Positions 7,373 to 16,112 of a stretch of DNA of 64,000 nucleotides are shown one piece after another. Position numbers and translations under genes: made by a program. The stretch comes from Acutalibacteraceae bacterium (lineage in GTDB: Bacteria > Bacillota > Clostridia > Oscillospirales > Acutalibacteraceae). A model generated the notes under the pieces. That model was not told the origin of the DNA. It was given only the letters and a program-made list of their open reading frames with translations, and made no database searches. The stretch is from contig JAZPYE010000002.1 in assembly GCA_045544035.1 (NCBI GenBank), forward strand, positions 7,898 to 71,897, read 5' to 3'. Every line of letters begins with the position of its first letter. Position 1 is the stretch's first letter.

Positions 7373-9439
7373 ATGAGTTTAATTGATTATGTAAATATAA
7401 AGCAGGGCACCGATTCGGTTATGCGTTTTTCAAACGGAAACACCCTGCCACTGGTTCAGCGCCCCTTTGGGTTTGCTTCCTTTGTTCCGCAAACCAACGC
7501 TTCCCGTGGTTCTTGGTTTTATCATCCCACTGACCACTCCTTTGAGGGCTTCCGCCTTACCCACCAGCCCTCACCCTGGATTGGAGAGCACGGCGCCATT
7601 GTTATGCATCCGCAAATTCAAAATCCCACTGCCGATAACTACCGCATTTGGTCGGGCATTGACCCTAAGGCAGCCACATTGCAGCCACATTATATGCACT
7701 ACTACTTAAATCGCAGTTTTTGCGATTATGAGCTGACCCCCACCGAATACGGCGCATGTATAAGATTAGCATTTCACAAGGATTTTGACCGTTTCTTCTC
7801 GGTTTATCCTATAAGTGGAGAAAACGAGTTTAGATACTGCAAGGAATGCAACAAGTTATTCGTTTCAACAACCTGCGACACCTTGGAATCAAGCGATGCA
7901 GGTAAATTAAAAGCATATTTTGTTTTTGAGTTTGAAGATGGCGCAATTGATGCCGAAAATACCCTTGCCGAGCAAATGGACACTTTGTCTAAAACAAAGG
8001 CCACTGAAATTAGCGGCGGAAGGGTTGCAATTCATTTGGCTCTTGCTAAAAAGACAACCGAAATTAGAATGGCAACCTCATTTATAAGCTATGACCAGGC
8101 TTTAATCAACCTTAAAAATGACAGCGATTACAAGGATTTTGATGACCTTAAGGAAAAGAACGCCGCCATTTGGGAGGAATATTTAGGCCGAATTACCATT
8201 GATGCCGAGGAGCAACAGCTTAAAACATTTTACAGTTGTCTTTACAGAGCCCTCCTTTTCCCCCACAAGGCCTATGAAATTTCCAGTAAGGGCGAGCCTG
8301 TTCACTATTCCCCCTGTGCCGATAAAGTTATTGCGGGCTACCGCTACACCGACAACGGCTTTTGGGACACCTACCGAACGGTTTATGCCCTTTTAACCCT
8401 TGTTGCACCCGAAGAATGCAAGGAAATGCTTATTGCCTTTGTTCAGGAATATATTGATGGCGGCTGGCTCCCCTGCTGGACTGCAGGAACGGCCAAAAAA
8501 TGTATGCCTTCAACCGGAATTGATGCTGTTATTGCCGATGCAGCGGTTAAAAATATGCTTGATGGCGAGTGGCTGGAAAAGGCCTTTGAGGGCATGGAAA
8601 AGCACGCTAATAACGACTGCCCCATTAATGGTTACGGTCGAGATGGCTGCAGCAAATATTTGCAGCTTGGCTACGTTCCCTTTGATGCCTTTAACGAGAG
8701 CGTTAATTTAACCCTTGATGCCGCTTATTTTGATTTCTGCCTTTCAGTTGTAGCCGGAAAGCTTGGCTACAATGATAAAAAAGAAATGTATCTTGAGCGC
8801 TCAAAGAGATATGCTAATCTCTTTGACAAAAACTATGGCTTTATGCGCGCTAAGGATTCGGCAGGCAATTTTAGAAACGAGGAGTTCTCCCCCATTTCCT
8901 GGGGTGGAGATTACACCGAGGCGGCTGCCTGGCAAACAAGTTTTGCCGTTCAGCACGATATTGAGGGGCTTGCCGCCCTTCACGGCTCCAAAGAGGCGTT
9001 GCTTAAAAAGCTTGATAAGTTGTTTGCAACCGAGCCTGAATATTTAGTTGGTGGTTACGGTTTTGAAATTCACGAAATGGCCGAAATGGCGGATGACAAC
9101 TGGGGTCAGTGCGCTATTTCAAATCAGCCCTCCTTCCACATTCCTTTTATGTACGCCTATTTGGGACAGCCTGAAAAAGCAAGCTACTGGGTAGAGCGCG
9201 TTTGCGCCGAAGGCTTTTCGGCAAATGATGATGGCTTCCCAGGGGATGAGGACAACGGCTCGACCGCAGCTTGGTACATTTTTGCGAGCCTCGGGCTCTA
9301 CCCAATTTGCCCTGGCAAGGCGGAATACACCGTTACAAAGCCACTAGTTAAAAACGCAAAAATTCTCGGCAAAAAACTTGAACTTTCAAACGCTCAAAAT
9401 GTTATTTCCCACGATGAGCTTTTAAAAAGAATGAAATAA
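7373..9439 (+). CDS. GH92 family alpha-mannosidase-like glycoside hydrolase
   Basis: Start chosen at ATG 7373, with AGGAGG 8 nt upstream; the ORF-track start at 7238 has no RBS. GH92 hallmarks include LIDYVN..GT, GNT.P...PFG, GFWDTYRT, NQPSFHIPFMY and FPGDEDNGSTAAW. Confidence 0.85.
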   Translation: MSLIDYVNIKQGTDSVMRFSNGNTLPLVQRPFGFASFVPQTNASRGSWFYHPTDHSFEGFRLTHQPSPWIGEHGAIVMHPQIQNPTADNYRIWSGIDPKAATLQPHYMHYYLNRSFCDYELTPTEYGACIRLAFHKDFDRFFSVYPISGENEFRYCKECNKLFVSTTCDTLESSDAGKLKAYFVFEFEDGAIDAENTLAEQMDTLSKTKATEISGGRVAIHLALAKKTTEIRMATSFISYDQALINLKNDSDYKDFDDLKEKNAAIWEEYLGRITIDAEEQQLKTFYSCLYRALLFPHKAYEISSKGEPVHYSPCADKVIAGYRYTDNGFWDTYRTVYALLTLVAPEECKEMLIAFVQEYIDGGWLPCWTAGTAKKCMPSTGIDAVIADAAVKNMLDGEWLEKAFEGMEKHANNDCPINGYGRDGCSKYLQLGYVPFDAFNESVNLTLDAAYFDFCLSVVAGKLGYNDKKEMYLERSKRYANLFDKNYGFMRAKDSAGNFRNEEFSPISWGGDYTEAAAWQTSFAVQHDIEGLAALHGSKEALLKKLDKLFATEPEYLVGGYGFEIHEMAEMADDNWGQCAISNQPSFHIPFMYAYLGQPEKASYWVERVCAEGFSANDDGFPGDEDNGSTAAWYIFASLGLYPICPGKAEYTVTKPLVKNAKILGKKLELSNAQNVISHDELLKRMK

Positions 9440-9450
9440 TTTAAACTTAA

Positions 9451-9482
9451 AGCACCGAGACTACAATTTCGGTGCTTTTTTC
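9451..9482 (+). terminator. Rho-independent terminator after the GH92 gene
   Basis: AGCACCGA-GACTACAAT-TTCGGTGCT followed by TTTTTT. Confidence 0.75.
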
Positions 9483-9512
9483 TATTAAAAACTATTTTTT
9501 CAAATCTTTTTA

Positions 9513-9541
9513 TTGACTTTAAATGTTAAAGATAATATAAT
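9513..9541 (+). promoter_or_regulatory. Sigma-A type promoter upstream of guaB
   Basis: TTGACT (9513-9518), a 17-nt spacer, then TATAAT (9536-9541). Confidence 0.55.
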
Positions 9542-9576
9542 ATATAAAATATAAATAAAAATGGAGAGGTATTTTT

Positions 9577-11085
9577 ATGGCTTACTATTTCAATGACGTT
9601 TCACACACCTTTAATGAGTATCTTTTAGTGCCCGGCTATTCTTCTGCCGAGTGCATCCCCGCAAACGTGAGTTTAAAAACTCCTCTTGTTAAGTTTAAAA
9701 AGGGTGAAAAGCCTGCAATCCAAATGAACATTCCCATGACCTCTGCAATTATGCAGTCGGTTTCCGGCGAAAAGCTTGCAGTTGCTCTTGCCCGTGAAGG
9801 CGGCGTTTCCTTTATTTTCGGCTCACAGTCAATTGAGGATGAGGCCGCAATGGTTGCCCGCGCAAAGAACTTTAAGGCAGGCTTTGTTGTAAGTGATTCA
9901 AACATTCGCCCCGAGCAAACCCTGGCTGATATTTTAGAGCTTAAAGAGCGCACAGGTCACTCCACCGTTGCTGTTACTGCCGATGGCACCGCAACAGGTA
10001 AGCTTATGGGTATTGTTACCAGCCGTGATTATAGGGTAAGCCGTATGTCTCTCGACACAAAGGTTAGCGAATTTATGACACCTTTTGCTGACCTTATCTG
10101 CGGCGACAAGAACACCACCTTAAAGGAAGCCAACAACATTATTTGGGATAACAAATTAAACGCACTTCCCATTGTTGATGATAACGGCAACCTTTTGTAC
10201 ATTGTTTTTAGAAAAGACTATGATTCCCACAAGGAAAACCCAAACGAGCTGCTTGATGCCGACAAGCGTTACATTGTTGGCGCAGGTATTAACACTCGCG
10301 ATTATGAAGAAAGAATCCCCGCCCTTGTTGAGGCAGGCGCCGATGTTCTTTGCATTGACTCCTCTGAAGGATTCAGCGAATGGCAGAAGCGTACCTTACA
10401 GTTTGTAAGAGAGAAATACGGCGATACCGTTAAAATCGGCGCAGGTAATGTTGTTGATAAAGAAGGCTTTTTGTTCCTTGCCGAATGTGGCGCTGACTTT
10501 GTTAAGGTTGGTATCGGCGGTGGCTCCATTTGCATCACCCGCGAAACCAAGGGTATCGGCCGTGGACAGGCTACTGCCCTTATTGATGTTTGCGCCGCAA
10601 GAGATGAATATTATGAGAAAACCGGCATCTATGTTCCCGTTTGTTCCGATGGTGGTATTGTTCACGACCATCATATGACTTTAGCCCTTGCAATGGGCGC
10701 CGACTTCCTTATGCTCGGCCGCTACTTTGCAAGATTTGATGAGAGCCCCACAAGCAAAATTGCCATTAACGGAAACTACTACAAGGAATATTGGGGTGAA
10801 GGCTCCAACAGGGCTAGAAACTGGCAGCGTTACGACCTTGGCGGCGATAAGAAGCTATCCTTCGAAGAGGGTGTTGACTCCTATGTTCCCTATGCCGGAA
10901 CACTTAAGGACAACGTAGGTCTTTCTTTAAGTAAGGTGCGTTCCACCATGTGCAACTGTGGTGCACTCACCATTCCCGAGCTCCAGAAAAAGGCAAAGTT
11001 AACCCTTGTTTCTGCAACAAGTATCATTGAAGGTGGCGCCCACGATGTTATTCAGAAGGACACCACCACAAACGCCATTAAATAA
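9577..11085 (+). CDS. guaB: IMP dehydrogenase (with CBS pair insert)
   Basis: 502 aa. Catalytic loop [13 protein letters not shown], a CBS region, and GGI..D..KALA-like motifs. GGAGAGG RBS. Confidence 0.9.
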   Translation: MAYYFNDVSHTFNEYLLVPGYSSAECIPANVSLKTPLVKFKKGEKPAIQMNIPMTSAIMQSVSGEKLAVALAREGGVSFIFGSQSIEDEAAMVARAKNFKAGFVVSDSNIRPEQTLADILELKERTGHSTVAVTADGTATGKLMGIVTSRDYRVSRMSLDTKVSEFMTPFADLICGDKNTTLKEANNIIWDNKLNALPIVDDNGNLLYIVFRKDYDSHKENPNELLDADKRYIVGAGINTRDYEERIPALVEAGADVLCIDSSEGFSEWQKRTLQFVREKYGDTVKIGAGNVVDKEGFLFLAECGADFVKVGIGGGSICITRETKGIGRGQATALIDVCAARDEYYEKTGIYVPVCSDGGIVHDHHMTLALAMGADFLMLGRYFARFDESPTSKIAINGNYYKEYWGEGSNRARNWQRYDLGGDKKLSFEEGVDSYVPYAGTLKDNVGLSLSKVRSTMCNCGALTIPELQKKAKLTLVSATSIIEGGAHDVIQKDTTTNAIK

Positions 11086-11090
11086 AAGTG

Positions 11091-11120
11091 TTGACAAAAC
11101 ACCCTGTTTAATGGGATAAT
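11091..11120 (+). promoter_or_regulatory. Near-consensus sigma-A promoter with extended -10, reading into the structured element
   Basis: TTGACA (11091-11096), an 18-nt spacer, then TGgGATAAT (GATAAT = 11115-11120). Confidence 0.55.
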
Positions 11121-11397
11121 AGGGTAGAGCAAATAATCCGAACCCGCCTCAAAGTGGCTTATTTCGGCGCTTTTTACCCAATCCATTCTTGTAAGGTGTC
11201 ACCTTACTGCGCCTGTACTGAATAAAAATCACTCGAAATCTTCTCTCTTTGAGGTCAAAGATTTTTGAAAGAGCGGATTTTCGTTCAGACGCGGCACAAA
11301 ACGCAGTTAATCCTGATGGATTAACGAGTATTTTAACAAAGTATGAGCGAAAATCCGCCTTTTAAAAACAGAGTTTGGATTATTTGCTCTACCCTAA
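11121..11397 (+). ncRNA. Candidate structured RNA or MITE-like element; 24-bp closing stem with two internal multi-helix arms; class not recognised
   Basis: 11120-11143 pairs with 11373-11396 (one G-U). 11147-11154 pairs with 11247-11254. 11166-11170 pairs with 11209-11213. A hairpin spans 11191-11207. 11273-11283 pairs with 11348-11358. A hairpin spans 11306-11325. No credible ORF. Confidence 0.45.
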
Positions 11398-11412
11398 TAG
11401 GTGATTTATAGA

Positions 11413-11958
11413 ATGAGAGTTATTGCAGGTATTGCAGGCGGCAGAAAAATCGCCAGCCTTCCGGGGCTTGATGTGCGCCCAACTGCCGAAAAGGTTAAAG
11501 AGGCAATTTTCAGTTCCATTCAGTTTGATTTGGAGGGTCGCCGCTTTCTCGATTTGTTCGCAGGCTGCGGCCAAATGGGGATTGAGGCGCTGAGCCGCGG
11601 GGCAAAAAGCGCTACCTTTGTAGATAATTCTGCAGTTCATTTAAGAACCGTTAAGGAAAACCTTGCGGCCACCGGTCTAGAGAGCGGTGCAAAGGTTGTT
11701 TGTGCTGATTTTGCTTCATTTCTTGCTACCTGTTCTGACACCTTTGATATTGCTTTTTTAGACCCACCTTATTATGAAGGGCTTACTGGCGATGCCCTTT
11801 TAAAAACCTGTCAGGTTATGAGTGCCTTTGGCAAAATTCTTTGCGAACATCCAAAGGAAATTTCGTTGCCTGATACTGTGAATGATTTTTACTGTTATAA
11901 AGAATATAATTACGGCAAAATTGTTATCTCGGCTTATAGGAGGAAGGAAAATGAATAA
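11413..11958 (+). CDS. rsmD: 16S rRNA (guanine966-N2)-methyltransferase
   Basis: Start at ATG 11413, after AGGTGA. Motifs MRVIAGIAGGRKI, LDLFAGCGQMGIEALSRGA and FLDPPY. Confidence 0.9.
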   Translation: MRVIAGIAGGRKIASLPGLDVRPTAEKVKEAIFSSIQFDLEGRRFLDLFAGCGQMGIEALSRGAKSATFVDNSAVHLRTVKENLAATGLESGAKVVCADFASFLATCSDTFDIAFLDPPYYEGLTGDALLKTCQVMSAFGKILCEHPKEISLPDTVNDFYCYKEYNYGKIVISAYRRKENE

Positions 11959-12451
11959 ATCCTTAGCCATTTGTCCGGGCAGTTTTGACCCCGTAACCCT
12001 TGGTCACCTTGATGTTATTTCCCGCGCTTCGGCAATGTTTGAAAAGGTTATTGTGGTAATTTTAAAGAATTCAAACAAAACCTATTCCTTCTCCCCAGAA
12101 GAGCGTGCCGAGCTTCTTAAAAAAACCATTAAAGCTACAGGCCTTAACAATGTTGAGGTTGATGCTTACGATGGTCTTTTAGCGGATTATGCAAAAAAAC
12201 ACGGCGCCAAAATCATTTTAAAGGGTTTAAGGGCAATGTCCGACTTTGAATATGAATTTCAAATGGCGCTTGCCAATAAGAAGCTAAACCCCGATATTGA
12301 AACGGTTTTCATAACCACTGCAGCGGAAAATATGTATTTAAGCTCCAGCATGGTTAAGCAAATTGCAAGCATGGATGGTGACATTTCGGGATTTGTTCCG
12401 AGTGTTATACATAAAGACATTTTAGAGCGACTAAGTAAAAAGAAAGGATGA
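11951..12451 (+). CDS. coaD: Phosphopantetheine adenylyltransferase
   Basis: Start at ATG 11951, after AGGAGGAAGG. Motifs AICPGSFDPVTLGHLD and ISSSMVK. Overlaps the rsmD stop by 8 nt. Confidence 0.93.
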   Translation: MNKSLAICPGSFDPVTLGHLDVISRASAMFEKVIVVILKNSNKTYSFSPEERAELLKKTIKATGLNNVEVDAYDGLLADYAKKHGAKIILKGLRAMSDFEYEFQMALANKKLNPDIETVFITTAAENMYLSSSMVKQIASMDGDISGFVPSVIHKDILERLSKKKG

Positions 12452-12458
12452 ATATAAA

Positions 12459-12920
12459 ATGACCGTAGAAGAATTATTAGAGCAGTTTGACGAGGTGCTT
12501 GACAGCGGCGTTAAAATCCCCGGCAAAAAGACTATCGTTGACATTGAGCAAATCCGCGCAGTTATCGATGATATCCGTCTTAATATCCCCAGCGAAATCA
12601 AGCAGGCACGCGGCATTGTTGCCGACCGTGCTGAAATCATCACCAATGCAAAGCGTGAGGCCGATGGCATCATCAATGCCGCAGAGGAGCGCGCAAAAGC
12701 AATGGTAGCACAGGAAGAAATCACAAAGTTAGCTCAGGCAAAGGCAAGCGAAATCATTGCTAATGCTCAGGCAAAGAGCCGTGAAATGAAAAAGGCTGCT
12801 CAGGATTTTGTTGATGACATTATGCGCCGTGCAGACGAAGGTCTCACCGCAAACCTTGGCGAGGTTAGAAAGACCCGCGCTGCTTTAAAACAGCAAATGC
12901 CCGTTTCTAAGAACGACTAA
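12459..12920 (+). CDS. Hypothetical coiled-coil protein (ATP synthase b / V-ATPase subunit-like, low-complexity A/E/K-rich)
   Basis: 153 aa with a GGATGA RBS. A long predicted helix (AKREADGIINAAEERAKAMVAQEE...). No catalytic motifs. Confidence 0.6.
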   Translation: MTVEELLEQFDEVLDSGVKIPGKKTIVDIEQIRAVIDDIRLNIPSEIKQARGIVADRAEIITNAKREADGIINAAEERAKAMVAQEEITKLAQAKASEIIANAQAKSREMKKAAQDFVDDIMRRADEGLTANLGEVRKTRAALKQQMPVSKND

Positions 12921-12938
12921 TTAAAAACTTGATTTTTT

Positions 12939-12971
12939 AAACCCCGCAGTAATACTGTGGGGTTATTTTTT
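12939..12971 (+). terminator. Rho-independent terminator after the coiled-coil protein gene
   Basis: AACCCCGCAGT-AAT-ACTGTGGGGTT followed by ATTTTTTG. Confidence 0.8.
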
Positions 12972-14501
12972 GCCTTTTTGGGAAATAATAACCCCAAAAA
13001 GGCGGTGCTTAAAATAGAAAAATTACTTAAAAACTTTGAAAACACACTTTTAAAATCTGAACTCAGTGAAAACCTTGCGCTTATTAAGGAAATTTTTAAA
13101 AAGGATGACATTTTGCGCATTAGAGAAATTGAAACGGGTGGTTCTCACCCAGTTCGTGCCGCCGTTTTCTTTATGGATTCAATGATAAACACCCTTGTTT
13201 TAAACGAATCCATTGTTAAGCCACTACTGCTTTGTGAATGCAACGGTAAAAAGGAAAGTATTGTTGATTTTCTAACCCAGCGGGTGCTTTTTGCCGCCGA
13301 GGTTAAAAAGCATAAGACCCTTGCTCCCTTACTTCGAAACCTGCTTTACGGCGACACCGTTGTGCTTTTTGAAGGCTCAACCGAGGGGCTGAGCATAAAC
13401 ACAAAGGGCTGGCGCACAAGGGGTATAAGCGAGCCTGAAAACGAACGGGTTTTGCAGGGACCCCGCGAGGGTTTTGAAGAGGCGGTAATGCTCAATGTCG
13501 CTCTGCTTCGCCGAAGGCTTCCAACCCCTGATTTTTGCGTTGAAACCCTAACGGTTGGGCGGCGCACCGACACCGGTGTTTTTATATGCTACCTTGATTC
13601 AGTTGTGAATAAAAGTGCCCTTTCCACCCTTAAACAAAAGCTTAAACGCATTGATATTGATGGGGTTTTAGACAGTAATTATATTAACGAGTTAATAAAT
13701 GAGCATCCGAATTCATTACTCAAAACAGTAGGCAGTACCGAGCGCCCCGATGTTGCTGTTGCAAGAATTTTAGAGGGCAGAATTGCAGTTATGGTGGATG
13801 GTACACCTGTGGTGCTCACCCTCCCCTACCTTTTCAGCGAAAATTTCCAAGCCGATGATGATTACTACACAAACCATTTTTTAGGCACCCTTGGTCGTAT
13901 GCTCCGCTACCTTTGCTTTATTCTCGCAATAAGCGTGCCTGCTGTTTTTTTAAGTCTCATAACCCATCACACCGACCTGCTTCCGACCTCCTTTTTAATA
14001 AGTGTTTGTTCGGCAAGAAACTCGGTTCCCCTTTCTTCCCTGGTTGAATGTGTACTGCTCATTTTAATTTTTGAAATTCTAAAGGAAACGGGGCTTAGAA
14101 TGCCTCAGGGTGTGGGTCACGCGCTAAGCATTGTGGGCGGTCTTGTTGTGGGGCAGGCGGCGGTTGAGGCGAGAATTGTGAGTGCGCCAATGCTCATTAT
14201 CATTGCCCTTTCAGGCATTGCGGGGCTAATGCTCCCGCGGCTTCGCGGGGTTATTTTCTTTTCTCGCCTGGGCCTCGTTATTCTCTCCCATTATTTAGGA
14301 CTTTTAGGCTTTTTCGCAGGCATTACGGCACTGCTTATTCACATTTCATCCCTTTCCTCTTTCACTGTTGATTACACCTCATCTATCATAAATCCAAAAC
14401 TTCAAAGCCTTAAGGACACACTAATAAGGGCTTCCTGGCGAAATATGATAACCCGCCCCACGAAATTGAGCAAAAACAAAATAAGGAAGGGTAAAAAATG
14501 A
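12957..14501 (+). CDS. Spore germination protein, GerA/GerKA family (A subunit); start codon uncertain
   Basis: GerA-family core (GPREGFEE, TLPYLF, C-terminal TM bundle). The ORF-track GTG start lies inside the upstream terminator stem, so the true start is probably a few codons downstream (TTG/GTG at ~12978-13005). Confidence 0.8.
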   Translation: MGLFFAFLGNNNPKKAVLKIEKLLKNFENTLLKSELSENLALIKEIFKKDDILRIREIETGGSHPVRAAVFFMDSMINTLVLNESIVKPLLLCECNGKKESIVDFLTQRVLFAAEVKKHKTLAPLLRNLLYGDTVVLFEGSTEGLSINTKGWRTRGISEPENERVLQGPREGFEEAVMLNVALLRRRLPTPDFCVETLTVGRRTDTGVFICYLDSVVNKSALSTLKQKLKRIDIDGVLDSNYINELINEHPNSLLKTVGSTERPDVAVARILEGRIAVMVDGTPVVLTLPYLFSENFQADDDYYTNHFLGTLGRMLRYLCFILAISVPAVFLSLITHHTDLLPTSFLISVCSARNSVPLSSLVECVLLILIFEILKETGLRMPQGVGHALSIVGGLVVGQAAVEARIVSAPMLIIIALSGIAGLMLPRLRGVIFFSRLGLVILSHYLGLLGFFAGITALLIHISSLSSFTVDYTSSIINPKLQSLKDTLIRASWRNMITRPTKLSKNKIRKGKK

Positions 14502-15103
14502 AAAGAATAATCTTCACTATGGCTTTGCTTTTAACCTTTCTTTGCGGCTGCAGTAAGCTTTATTACGAGCCCGAGCAAACGGTTATCATTTCAGCAATAG
14601 GAATAGACCCTGCGGAAAACGGCATTTTTTTAACGCTGGAAACGGTAGATACATCAAGCCCCGATGGTGGGCTTGAATATTCTAAAAAGATTTTAACAGC
14701 TAGCCGAAAGGACTGTGAAGGTGCATTTTTATCCCTTCAAAAATCCCTTGGAAATAGACTTTCTGCCGAACACTGCGCCCTTGTTATTAAGGGTGAGGGT
14801 GTAAATGAGGACTTGCTTTATGAAACCCTTATATATTTAAGAGATGCACAAAATTTAAGCCAGAACACAAAAATTGTTTCAAGTGCCAGTGGCGGCAAAA
14901 TGCTACAGCTTAAAAGCCGAACAGGTCAGGCGGTGGGCTACGATGCCGTTAAAATCCTTAATATGCAGGAAAATAAAAACAACCTTCTAAAATGCAACCT
15001 TTATTCGGTTTTAAGCGCACTGCACAGCGGTTCCCCCCTCACCCTTCCCGTTTTTGAAACCGAGAACGATAACTATTTTTTAAAGGGGGAAAGCAATGAA
15101 TAA
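14498..15103 (+). CDS. Ger(x)C-family germination lipoprotein, unusually short
   Basis: 201 aa with a lipobox LTFLCGCS. The N-terminal Ger(x)C-like region begins YYEPEQTVIISAIGID. 4-nt overlaps on both sides. Confidence 0.65.
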   Translation: MKRIIFTMALLLTFLCGCSKLYYEPEQTVIISAIGIDPAENGIFLTLETVDTSSPDGGLEYSKKILTASRKDCEGAFLSLQKSLGNRLSAEHCALVIKGEGVNEDLLYETLIYLRDAQNLSQNTKIVSSASGGKMLQLKSRTGQAVGYDAVKILNMQENKNNLLKCNLYSVLSALHSGSPLTLPVFETENDNYFLKGESNE

Positions 15104-16112
15104 GACTATTTCCGCAAAGCTGACCTGTTCACTGACCTGCCTTTTCACCCTTGGTAACGCCATCATTTTTTTACCCAAAGGTGCCGGTGGCGGTGGTGCC
15201 CTTTTAGGACTGATTTTAAGCTTTGCCGTGGGCTTTATAATGTTGCCTATCTTTAGAAGTTTTGACTATGTAACCTTTTTTTCTAAAAAATCAGGGAAAA
15301 TTGGCGCCATTTTTTTGTGCCTTTTTGCACTGATTTGCGCCATAAATTCGGCAGGAGATTTTTCTCTTGTTGCAAACAAGAAAATTTTAAATAATGAAAA
15401 CTATTTTATCTTTTCTCTTATTTTTTCTTCTCTTGTCTTTTTACTTTTAAGGGCGCAAAAGCAGGTTATCTTTAAAATCAGTTTAATCTTTTTGGTTCTA
15501 ATAATTTTTTCACAGCTAGTGCTTTTCCTACTTTCGGCAAATCAGTTTAACCTTAATAATTTAAAGGAACTCAAATTTTCGGGTGCTTTTACCGGTGGGC
15601 TTTTCTTTTTTTCAAAAAGCATTGCTCCAACACTGCTTTTGCCCTTTATTATAAAGCCTGAAAAAAGCACTCCAAGGGGTGTTGCCCTTGGAATGCTTTT
15701 CGCCATTTTACTGATTTTGTTTCCCCTTTTACAGGTCATTTTAATTTTCGGTTTTCCCTACGGTGCAAGCCTTGATTTTGCTTTTTTATCGGTTTTAGAC
15801 ACCGTTTCTTTGGGGCTTAAATTCAGTCGCCTTGAAGGGCTTGCATATATCATTTTCTTTTTCGGCGCGCTGATTAAGTGTGCTGTGTGCCTTATTTGCG
15901 CAAAAGAAATTTTAAACCTTGCCTTTAAAAAGCCCATAAAGCACCTGCCGCTTGTTCTTTCAATAATTCTTTTTATAGTAATAATTTTAAGCTGGACAGT
16001 TATAAAATTCGGCGCTCTTTTTAATTTGATTATTGCTATTTCGGCTCTTATCTTTATCCTTGCGGCTGTCCTTTTAAAAAGTCGTACTCATTTCCAATGT
16101 AAAACCAAGTAA
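15096..16112 (+). CDS. Spore germination protein, GerAB/GerKB family permease (B subunit)
   Basis: 338 aa polytopic membrane protein (~10 hydrophobic segments) in a gerA-C-B operon context. Confidence 0.7.
   Translation: MNKTISAKLTCSLTCLFTLGNAIIFLPKGAGGGGALLGLILSFAVGFIMLPIFRSFDYVTFFSKKSGKIGAIFLCLFALICAINSAGDFSLVANKKILNNENYFIFSLIFSSLVFLLLRAQKQVIFKISLIFLVLIIFSQLVLFLLSANQFNLNNLKELKFSGAFTGGLFFFSKSIAPTLLLPFIIKPEKSTPRGVALGMLFAILLILFPLLQVILIFGFPYGASLDFAFLSVLDTVSLGLKFSRLEGLAYIIFFFGALIKCAVCLICAKEILNLAFKKPIKHLPLVLSIILFIVIILSWTVIKFGALFNLIIAISALIFILAAVLLKSRTHFQCKTK

Noticed and set aside
9483-9576. Purine/guanine riboswitch upstream of guaB
   Set aside because: Only about 35 nt lie between the predicted -10 and the start codon, which is too short for a purine aptamer plus expression platform. 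No conserved junction sequences were seen.
11121-11397. Identification of the structured element as 6S RNA, SRP RNA, a T-box or RNase P RNA
   Set aside because: The branched two-arm architecture and ~277-nt length do not fit the single interrupted hairpin of 6S RNA. No GGAA/AGCA SRP helix-8 motif, T-box sequence or RNase P conserved blocks (GAGGAAAGTCC) were found.
11389-11640. 83-aa minus-strand ORF and the upstream-extended rsmD start at 11401
   Set aside because: The minus-strand ORF is antisense to rsmD. The GTG at 11401 lies within the RBS-like AGGTGA, and ATG 11413 gives the canonical RsmD N-terminus (MRVIAG..GGRK).
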